From: Bacillota bacterium
GTDB taxonomy: Bacteria; Bacillota; Limnochordia; Darwinibacteriales; Darwinibacteriaceae
Direction: 5' to 3'
Assembly: GCA_012520355.1 (NCBI GenBank)
Contig: JAAYOK010000132.1
Coordinates: 1-45,421, forward strand
DNA: 45,421 nucleotides
Numbering within the stretch: position 1 is the stretch's first letter; the number at the start of each line of letters is the position of its first letter. The notes under the pieces are model-generated. The model was not told the origin of the DNA and ran no database searches. It saw nothing but the letters and a program-made list of their open reading frames with translations. Position numbers and translations under genes: made by a program. Below are positions 30,264 to 38,119 of the stretch, piece after piece.

Positions 30264-31758
30264 CCGTCACCCAACTCTTAGCGCTTGTCACCGCTTTACT
30301 CCATCCCTGGGCCAATCTCAGCCGTTCTGCTTGTCGCATCACAGGCTCGTATACTTTCTGCCCCCGCCAACAGGCTTGAATGTCTTCCTGACTGTCCCAA
30401 AAACCTACTGCAAGCCCGGCTAAGTAAGCGGCACCCAACGCTGTAGTTTCAAAAATCTGTGGTCTCTGAACCTGGATACCGGTCATATCTGCCAAAGATT
30501 GACAGACAAAACTGTTCACCGACGCTCCTCCATCCACCCTTAATGTAGTAAGAGGAATTTGGGCATCTTTGGTCATCACATCTACTACTTCTTTCGTTTG
30601 ATACACGATGGCTTCAAGGGTAGCTCTCACTAAGTGGGCTCGATTTACCCCGCGGGTAATCCCCATCATCATGCCCCGCACGTAGGGATCCCAGTGTGGA
30701 GCACCTAGACCCACAAAGCTGGGCACAAAATAAAGGCCATTGGTATCAGGTACCGAAAGGGCAATTTCTTCAGTCTCTGCCGCAGTCTTAACTAAGCCCA
30801 TTTCATCCCGGAGCCACTTTACTGCTGCCCCAGCCACAAACACACTACCTTCCAAGGCATATTGGACCTTGCCCTTGACTCCCCAGGCTATGGTGGAGAC
30901 TAGGCCATTAGGCGAAGCCGTAAGCTGAGAGCCTGTATTCATAAGAATAAAGGCACCGGTACCAAAGGTCGCCTTCACCGTACCTGGTTCAAAACAAGTC
31001 TGACCAAAGAGAGCGGCCTGTTGGTCTCCAGCGGCACCGGCAATGGGAATTCCACTGGGAAGAGATCCGTGCTGCACGGTGTATCCGTAAATTTCGCTGG
31101 AAGAGGCCACCTCAGGTAGGATCTCCCTTGGCACATTCAGAGCATCTAAGAGATCAGAATCCCATTTCAGATCAGCAATGTTAAAGAGCATGGTTCTGGA
31201 GGCATTGGAATAATCGGTGACATGCTTTTGCCCACCAGTAAGTTTATAGATCAGCCAAGAATCGATGGTACCAAAGGCCAATTCTCCCTTTTTCGCCCGT
31301 TCTTTGAGCTCTGGGTGATGATCGAAGATCCATTTCAGCTTGGTCCCAGAAAAGTAAGCATCTAAGACCAGACCTGTCTTCTCTCGGAATAGAGGTTCCA
31401 GACCTTGTCTCCGCAAGTCATCACAAATTCCCGCGGTCCGCCGGCACTGCCAGACAATGGCTCTTGTGACCGGTTCTCCCGTTTTGCGATCCCAAAGTAC
31501 CACCGTTTCACGTTGATTGGTGACACCGATGGCGGCAATTTGTGTTGGATTCACACCCGTCTCCTGGATGATTCGCTCCAAGAGTACTTGTGTTCCTTCC
31601 CAAATCTCCAAAGCATCGTGTTCTACCCAACCAGGTTTAGGGTAATACTGGGTAAATTCCTCATATACTTTTCCAATCATTTGGCATTGATGATCAAAGA
31701 GAATGACCGTAGTCCCGGTCGTTCCCTGGTCAATGGCTAATATGTATTTATCAAGCAC
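30256..31758 (-). CDS. glpK: glycerol kinase
   Basis: YILAIDQGTTGTT, the FGGY family pattern, 500 aa. GTG start at 31758 with AGGAGG 8 nt upstream. Confidence 0.97.
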   Translation of the reverse strand: MLDKYILAIDQGTTGTTVILFDHQCQMIGKVYEEFTQYYPKPGWVEHDALEIWEGTQVLLERIIQETGVNPTQIAAIGVTNQRETVVLWDRKTGEPVTRAIVWQCRRTAGICDDLRRQGLEPLFREKTGLVLDAYFSGTKLKWIFDHHPELKERAKKGELAFGTIDSWLIYKLTGGQKHVTDYSNASRTMLFNIADLKWDSDLLDALNVPREILPEVASSSEIYGYTVQHGSLPSGIPIAGAAGDQQAALFGQTCFEPGTVKATFGTGAFILMNTGSQLTASPNGLVSTIAWGVKGKVQYALEGSVFVAGAAVKWLRDEMGLVKTAAETEEIALSVPDTNGLYFVPSFVGLGAPHWDPYVRGMMMGITRGVNRAHLVRATLEAIVYQTKEVVDVMTKDAQIPLTTLRVDGGASVNSFVCQSLADMTGIQVQRPQIFETTALGAAYLAGLAVGFWDSQEDIQACWRGQKVYEPVMRQAERLRLAQGWSKAVTSAKSWVTDD

Positions 31759-31767
31759 AAAAAATGC

Positions 31768-31801
31768 CTCCTTCCACTAACCCTAAATTCTGCAGAAGGA
31801 G
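31768..31801 (-). promoter_or_regulatory. SD-sequestering hairpin in the 44-nt glpK leader
   Basis: On the mRNA, 5'-CUCCUUCUGC-(14 nt)-GUGGAAGGAG-3' forms a 10-bp stem including two G.U pairs. The 3' arm contains the glpK SD and is followed by GCAUUUUUUGUG, which ends at the start codon. Confidence 0.45.
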
Positions 31802-31802
31802 C

Positions 31803-32360
31803 CTATTTCCTGCTCAATACACCTTCTTCGGTGAGCAAGAGATCCACTGCTTGATCCCATGGTTCGGGGGTGATATCCCGGATAAAGGAGGAATAGACCA
31901 AGCCCACGCTGAGCCCCTGGGTCGTGGGCAAGAAACGATCATAATAGCCTCCCCCATAACCAATGCGATAGCCCTCAGGCGAAAAAACAAGACCGGGAAC
32001 AACAATCACGTCAAGCTCTTCGGGGCGTGCTGTTGGGGCCTCTGGCCCAGGCTCAAGAATACCATAGACTTGCGGTGACAGATCTTCCCGCCTGGTGTAG
32101 AGCCTTGGGATCAATGCTTTTGGCTTACTTTGGACGACGGGTACATAAACCTCTTTCCCCTCTGCCTGGAGCCATTCTACGATGGGCCAAGTAGCAATTT
32201 CCCAGCCAAAAGAAAGATAGATCATAACGTTTCTCGCTTCCACGAGCTGAGGTAGCTTATGGAAGTGTTCGGTAATGGCCCGATCCCACGAGGCACGCTG
32301 GTCTTTAGGAACTTGCCCACGCTGTTTTTTAAATTCTCTCCGTAATACGTCTTTGCTCAT
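31803..32360 (-). CDS. 5-formyltetrahydrofolate cyclo-ligase
   Basis: GYGGGYYDR motif. ATG 32360 (MSKDVLRREF) overlaps the upstream stop (ATGA). Confidence 0.87.
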   Translation of the reverse strand: MSKDVLRREFKKQRGQVPKDQRASWDRAITEHFHKLPQLVEARNVMIYLSFGWEIATWPIVEWLQAEGKEVYVPVVQSKPKALIPRLYTRREDLSPQVYGILEPGPEAPTARPEELDVIVVPGLVFSPEGYRIGYGGGYYDRFLPTTQGLSVGLVYSSFIRDITPEPWDQAVDLLLTEEGVLSRK

Positions 32361-33637
32361 GGTTCCACCGGCCTTAAAATTGATATAGTCCCTCGGTTCC
32401 AATCAAAGAGCTCGGCGAAGGCCTCCTGCACATCGGTTGCCGTCACCTCCGCCAGCAAATCTAAGTAACCATGCTGGGGTATACCTCGAAAATGGGAAGA
32501 AATCAGACGATTTGCCGTATACTCAAAGGACTCATAGGAGGCAAGGTAGGCCCCGTAAAGATGCCTTTTGAGACGCTCCACATCACCGGAGGAGACTTCC
32601 TTGCTTTTCAAATCATCGATAATTGTCGTTAGCTTAGCATGGAGCGCTTCTGGGTCCCGGGTCTCTGAACCGATAACAGAATAGGCGTAGCGGGGATCCG
32701 CATTGAAATTGGCGCCGAAGGAATCGGTAATCAAATCGGCTTCATAAAGCTCGCCATAGCTTGTGGAACTCCGTCCAGCAATCAGACGCATGGCAATGGA
32801 CATGATAATTTGCTGACGCAGAAGTTCTCTACCCTGCCACACCGGTTCATGTTTAAAACCCAAGAGGTACCTGGGCTGGGAAATCTGCAATCTTTCCTCC
32901 ACTCTAGGTTCCACCACAGCCAGGGGCTCTTCAGGATAGATACGTTCGATCGCGGCCTCACCCTTTTCCCAAAGTGGATAGTGTTTTTCCATTAACTCGA
33001 GGGTTTCTTGGGGATCTAGATCACCGACGATGGCTAGGGCCATATTGCCTGGTTGGTAAAAGGTGTGATAACAGCGGAGGAGATCCTCGACCGTTGTACT
33101 ATTGACCGAATCCACCGTACCTCCGATATCAAGCCGCAGGGGGTGTGCATGGTACATATTTTCCAGCAAGAGAGTATAAATACGGTGATCAGGATGATCG
33201 GCATACATCTGCAGCTCCTGCACGATAATGCCCTTCTCCTTTTCCACATTCTCCTCTGTTAGGTAGGGACGATTCACAAATTCCATGAGCAAGACGAGAC
33301 AATCTTGCCAGTTTTCTGTGGTGGAAAAAAGGTAACTTGTTTGCGTATAGCTGGTGAAGGCATTGACCGATGCCCCCCACTGGGCAAAGCGTCCAAAGAC
33401 ATTGCCCTCCTCTTCTTCGAACAGTTTATGCTCTAAAAAGTGGGCGATTCCCGCCGGAACATCCACAATCTCCCCCCCTGGAATCCGAAAGGTGGAATCA
33501 AGGGAGCCATAGTTTGTGGAAAGAACCCCATAGGTACGGGAGAATCCTGGTTTGGGTAAGATGAAGCAAGTCAAACCATTGGCAAGTTCCGTGCGATACA
33601 GGGTTTCCTCCGTAGGTAGCTTAGTTGTTTCCATCAT
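32357..33637 (-). CDS. M16-family zinc peptidase, catalytically competent subunit
   Basis: The HFLEHKLFE (HxxEH) zinc motif with a downstream EKGIIVQELQ glutamate. I place the start at ATG 33637/33634 (GAAGGTG SD), overlapping the upstream gene by about 17 nt. Confidence 0.87.
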   Translation of the reverse strand: MMETTKLPTEETLYRTELANGLTCFILPKPGFSRTYGVLSTNYGSLDSTFRIPGGEIVDVPAGIAHFLEHKLFEEEEGNVFGRFAQWGASVNAFTSYTQTSYLFSTTENWQDCLVLLMEFVNRPYLTEENVEKEKGIIVQELQMYADHPDHRIYTLLLENMYHAHPLRLDIGGTVDSVNSTTVEDLLRCYHTFYQPGNMALAIVGDLDPQETLELMEKHYPLWEKGEAAIERIYPEEPLAVVEPRVEERLQISQPRYLLGFKHEPVWQGRELLRQQIIMSIAMRLIAGRSSTSYGELYEADLITDSFGANFNADPRYAYSVIGSETRDPEALHAKLTTIIDDLKSKEVSSGDVERLKRHLYGAYLASYESFEYTANRLISSHFRGIPQHGYLDLLAEVTATDVQEAFAELFDWNRGTISILRPVEP

Positions 33638-34910
33638 TGGCACCTTCTTTTCCTTCATCTCTTTTGAGAATATAGGTCGTATCGAGCTGAACATTTTGCA
33701 TCACCCGGACACAATCAGCCGCTGTGACCTGCCCAATTGCTTCCACTACCTGGTCGAGACTCCGCAGTTCCCCTTCTACGAGCCCTAGCAAGTTGCGATT
33801 CATGATCCCAACGGGGCTGTCCGTTATGGATGTCATGGCACTGGCGATGCCACGTTTGGTTTGTTCGAGCTCATCTGGGGTAATCTCACCACTTTGCAGA
33901 GCCTCCACTTGTTCTGCAATAATCTGGAGCGCCTGTTCTTCCTGCTCCTGACTAATTCCAGCGGTGATGGTCAAAAGGCCTTTGCTACCCTCCAAGCCTG
34001 AACCTACGAAATAGGCTAGACTAGCCTTTTCCCGCACATTCATAAATAGTTTGGAGTGGGCAAAACCTCCCAAGATGCCATTGGCCACAAGTAGGGCGTA
34101 GTAATCAGGATCAAGATAGGAACAGTTGGTCCGATAGCCCTGAGCCAGAATGGCTTGATTCACGTCCATGGTATCTGCGAAGTAGCGGGGCTTTTGCACC
34201 CCTTTCCTTTGAACTGGCGCGAGCTCCACCGTTTTTTGCCGGGGAGGAATCAGGGTTGCAAGAAGCTGGACGACCCCTTCGAGCTTGGGTCCTACACAGA
34301 AAATGTCCATGGGATGTTCCCGCATCAGCTTCTGAAAATGAGCATAGACATCTCTGTTTTGAAGTCTTGGTAGGTCAGCAAGACTACCATACTTATAGAT
34401 TCCATAGGGTTCATCGGCACACATTAAGGCCATGAGGCGGGCTTGGGCATAGGCCCGTTTCTCATTGACCAATCCTTTGATATCCTGCTCCAAGGTGGAT
34501 TTTTCTTGTTCAAAATAGGAGTCCAGAAAACGATCACCTGGCCCCTGGGGGTTGGTAAAGATCTCCCAAAATGTCTTGAGGCCCCGCTCCAGCAATAACT
34601 CACCATCTGGCAAAAGACTTGGATCCACTATTTGCAGATATAGTTCGAGAATCTGCCGTTCCCCAATTTTCAGGATATCGGCGCCAAACTCTGCTGCATA
34701 GAGATCCTCAAGTTCTCTGGCAATGTGCATTGTGGAGGGAAAGCGCTGGGACCCCCGGCGTAAAAGTAGGGGTAACAGGGCGGTGCTTGTGGCCTCTCCC
34801 TCTTTGAGGTCTTGTTGAATGAAGATCTTACAGGTTAAGGACTTAAATTTATCCGTTTCACAAAGGTGTAGGCGTACACCTTTGGTCAACTCTTGCTCGG
34901 TGAACTTCAT
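33621..34910 (-). CDS. M16-family peptidase-like protein lacking HxxEH (non-catalytic partner)
   Basis: M16 length and architecture, but the zinc-motif position reads ALLPLLLRRGSQ. ATG 34910 overlaps the addA stop (ATGA). GAGGAGGA SD. Confidence 0.84.
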   Translation of the reverse strand: MKFTEQELTKGVRLHLCETDKFKSLTCKIFIQQDLKEGEATSTALLPLLLRRGSQRFPSTMHIARELEDLYAAEFGADILKIGERQILELYLQIVDPSLLPDGELLLERGLKTFWEIFTNPQGPGDRFLDSYFEQEKSTLEQDIKGLVNEKRAYAQARLMALMCADEPYGIYKYGSLADLPRLQNRDVYAHFQKLMREHPMDIFCVGPKLEGVVQLLATLIPPRQKTVELAPVQRKGVQKPRYFADTMDVNQAILAQGYRTNCSYLDPDYYALLVANGILGGFAHSKLFMNVREKASLAYFVGSGLEGSKGLLTITAGISQEQEEQALQIIAEQVEALQSGEITPDELEQTKRGIASAMTSITDSPVGIMNRNLLGLVEGELRSLDQVVEAIGQVTAADCVRVMQNVQLDTTYILKRDEGKEGANDGNN

Positions 34911-37900
34911 GCCAATTCCTCCTCGGCCCAGGTTGTCTCACTATCTGTAGTCTCCCCAAATGTGGCCACATCATGACGCCCAGTGCAATAGGACTGCTGC
35001 GTACAAAGTGTGCAGTCCTGCGTCTCGGGAAAGGCCGCCACACCTACCTCTGATCCTTGAATGATGGCGCTACAGGTTTCCACCAACCACCGCTCTGTTT
35101 GATCGGTGTCCAGTTTCTTTGGATCCAAGGAATAGAGTTGATTTGGAATTAAGAAATAGGCTCGCGACCATCGAACTGGCAAACCAAACTCTTTAGCTGC
35201 GGCCCAAGCATACAGCCGAAGCTGCACATCATAACTGGCACCAACTGCGGCTACTTGTTCCCTTCTGATCCAATTGGACTTAAAATCTACAATCTCCACT
35301 GCATCCTCGCCCACGAAGACTTGATCCACTAGACCATTGATGAGAAAGTCCCCCGCGGGTATGACAAAATCCAACTCATGAAAAACCTTCCACCCCTGCC
35401 CCCCATGGACACGTTGGAAAAAGTCACTCTGCAGATAGGGTCTGATAATCTCAGCAATTTGCTCCTGCTGTCTAGGACGTAATTCGATGCCCTCCATCTC
35501 AGCTGCATAGTGGACGAGGGTGGTCAAATCCTCGGGACGGCGAATCTGTTCCACCACCCGGTGCACAATGTTCCCTCGTGCCGTTGCGCTCAGTGAGGTC
35601 AGCTTTGATTGGGAAGGGGAATGTGTCCTTCTGCGCCGCTCTGGTAGACCTAGAATATAGCGCAAGTAGTAATAGCGGGGACAGCGAGCATAATTCATCA
35701 GGGAGGTCACAGAAAAAGACACTTGCTGATACTGGGGCGGCAGAGGTTTATAACTTGGAAAGGATGGCTCTAAAGGCGGCATGTCCAGAGGCTTTTCCTC
35801 CAAGGGAGGTAGGTTTCCTGGAATGTCGCGATACAGTCCATCTGGTATCTCCTCTAAGCTCTCTTGTAACCAAGCCCACCAGCTGTGCTTGGCCAGCTTA
35901 CCGTCTCTGGCACAAAAGTAGAACCTTTCTTCGGCACGGGTGATGGCCACATACAAAAGACGCTTCGCCTCACTCCGTTCTGCCTGCTTTTCCTGTTCAA
36001 GCAAGAAATCATAGGCTCTCATTCCCCTGTAGGCCAAACCATGCTCTGGACTATAAAGTACTTTGCCCATCTGGTTCCTAAGTACGCTAGCATTGGTGTC
36101 GGGTAAGAAAACTACGGGGAACTCCAGACCTTTGGAACCATGAATTGTACGCAGGACAACAACATCGGCGTGTTCCGCGTCGAGGAGGGCCTCCCCTTCC
36201 TTGGGTGAACCTTTCACCATCAACCGGAGAAATCTGGTCTGTTCTGGAATGGTATAGACATCTTGCGCGTACAAGTCCCAACTTTTTTCCAGGAATTTCT
36301 CAATATTGGCCACCTTCTGGGGACCAAAGGGTAAACGCCAAGTACGGGCCACATAGTCTGTCCGTTCCAAAAGACTGGTAATGACCTCTGGGGCAGGCCG
36401 CTGTTTGGCTAAGGAACGTAGGAAGAGATAATCTTCTTGGGACCTAGCGAGGGCTTCTGCTTCGCCCTGGCTCAGCTTGTCTAGGCGATCATGCCTCAGC
36501 CAATATAGACCTTCATCGGAGATCAGGTAAAAGGGTGAGCGCAACACCGCAAGCTGGGCTACTTCATCACCGGGATCTTCCAGCCAGCGAAAATAGTGGA
36601 GTACATCTTGGATTTCCTGTTTCGAGTAAAAACCCCGTCCACCGAGATTCACATAGGGGATGCCTGCTCTTTTTAGGGCCCCCTCGTAAATATACGCATT
36701 GGTCATGGCCCGAAACAGGATGGAAATCTCCTCGTAGCGGTACTCTCCCCCATCAACCAGCTCCCGAATTTTCAGGGCAATCTGCTCCGCCTCCAAGGCC
36801 CGGGCCGCATCAGCCAGGAGTTCTTCTGTGGGCGTACGTAAAATGTGAAAACAGGGGTCCCCTGCCTCATCCCTCGCGGCTCGGCTCGGTTGAAAGCCAA
36901 TGGCTTCACCTGCTAGGAGCTGTCCAAAGAAGGCATTGACAAAAGAAATCAACTCAGGCCGCGAGCGGAAGTTTTCTTCTAAGAACACATTGGTGCCCGT
37001 TTCTGCAATTTCGTCCTTCGTCTCAACGAACACTCCCACATCTGCCCCGCGGAAACGATAAATGGATTGCTTAGGATCACCGACCACAAAGAGTGTGGCG
37101 CTTTCTTCCACCAAGGCATCAACGATTTTCTTTTGGAGGGGATTCGTATCTTGAAACTCATCTACCATGAGATGTTCAAAGGGGTAGTCGGCCCTGACCT
37201 CTGGCATCTGTAAAAGCTCGTAGCTCAGCTGCTCTAAATCGTCATAATCGAGAACGCCCATGAGTCTCTTGCCCTCGGCAAAGCGCCGGTGAACCTGGCC
37301 TAAAACCTCACCTAGGTAAGCGACTATTCCTCGGCCCTGGTTTTCTTTGATGGACTGTTCCGCTTCTGCGAGCAACTCCTTTAACTCCCGGGTCTCTTCA
37401 GCCAACTTGCCCCGAATCCGTTTCACAAGCGTCCCTAAGACTTCCAGTGCCTCCAAGCGGAGTTCGTCGTCGGGGAAGTGTAAACGCTCTACCAGGTACG
37501 GCCACTCCTCTTTAAGCTCACCTAAAACTGTTCTTTGTACTTCTGTTGTGGGCTTTAAGGCGAGAACGTGTTCTGTGGCCTGGCGAAGCTGCAAAAAGGG
37601 AAACTCCAACTCCTCAAATTCGGGGTGGAACTGAAACTTAGTTTCCCCTTTCCTCAACATCATTTCGTAGAGCTCGAAGACTAAACTTGCGACCTCTCCT
37701 TCGGTTCCTAGTTCTTCAGGGGCCTCAAGTTCCGCCACAACATCAGAGATTGTTTCCTGGAGAAGTAGTTTCGCTTCCCACTCTTCAGCCACCCGAAAGC
37801 GGGGATCAATCCCAGCCTGGAGGGGGTGTTCCTGAATGATGCGCTGGCACAAGCTATGGATGGTGGAGATTTGAGCCTTCTCCAAACTCTCAATCAGATC

Positions 37901-38119
37901 AGGGCGTTTCTCACGCAGGCGATCCTTCATTTCTTGGGCCGCCTTTTTTGTAAAGGTCACAGCCGCGATTTTGTGAACGGGCGTACCAGAAGCAAGGAGA
38001 TGGAGATAGCGTTCCACCAAGACCCTCGTTTTACCCGAACCAGCCCCCGCCGTAACTGCAAGAGGGCAATCTACTGTGGTGATGGCTTGTGCCTGGCTTG
38101 GTGTTGGATCAAAAGCCAT
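34907..38119 (-). CDS. addA: AddA-type helicase-nuclease (UvrD/PcrA SF1 motor plus PD-(D/E)XK nuclease)
   Basis: Walker A AGAGSGKT, motif II VDEFQDTN, and nuclease motif GLVDQV...EIVDFKS. ATG 38119 (MAFDPTPSQ) overlaps the addB stop (TAATG), with AGGAGG 10 nt upstream. The track ORF is 14 codons longer. Confidence 0.92.
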   Translation of the reverse strand: MAFDPTPSQAQAITTVDCPLAVTAGAGSGKTRVLVERYLHLLASGTPVHKIAAVTFTKKAAQEMKDRLREKRPDLIESLEKAQISTIHSLCQRIIQEHPLQAGIDPRFRVAEEWEAKLLLQETISDVVAELEAPEELGTEGEVASLVFELYEMMLRKGETKFQFHPEFEELEFPFLQLRQATEHVLALKPTTEVQRTVLGELKEEWPYLVERLHFPDDELRLEALEVLGTLVKRIRGKLAEETRELKELLAEAEQSIKENQGRGIVAYLGEVLGQVHRRFAEGKRLMGVLDYDDLEQLSYELLQMPEVRADYPFEHLMVDEFQDTNPLQKKIVDALVEESATLFVVGDPKQSIYRFRGADVGVFVETKDEIAETGTNVFLEENFRSRPELISFVNAFFGQLLAGEAIGFQPSRAARDEAGDPCFHILRTPTEELLADAARALEAEQIALKIRELVDGGEYRYEEISILFRAMTNAYIYEGALKRAGIPYVNLGGRGFYSKQEIQDVLHYFRWLEDPGDEVAQLAVLRSPFYLISDEGLYWLRHDRLDKLSQGEAEALARSQEDYLFLRSLAKQRPAPEVITSLLERTDYVARTWRLPFGPQKVANIEKFLEKSWDLYAQDVYTIPEQTRFLRLMVKGSPKEGEALLDAEHADVVVLRTIHGSKGLEFPVVFLPDTNASVLRNQMGKVLYSPEHGLAYRGMRAYDFLLEQEKQAERSEAKRLLYVAITRAEERFYFCARDGKLAKHSWWAWLQESLEEIPDGLYRDIPGNLPPLEEKPLDMPPLEPSFPSYKPLPPQYQQVSFSVTSLMNYARCPRYYYLRYILGLPERRRRTHSPSQSKLTSLSATARGNIVHRVVEQIRRPEDLTTLVHYAAEMEGIELRPRQQEQIAEIIRPYLQSDFFQRVHGGQGWKVFHELDFVIPAGDFLINGLVDQVFVGEDAVEIVDFKSNWIRREQVAAVGASYDVQLRLYAWAAAKEFGLPVRWSRAYFLIPNQLYSLDPKKLDTDQTERWLVETCSAIIQGSEVGVAAFPETQDCTLCTQQSYCTGRHDVATFGETTDSETTWAEEELA

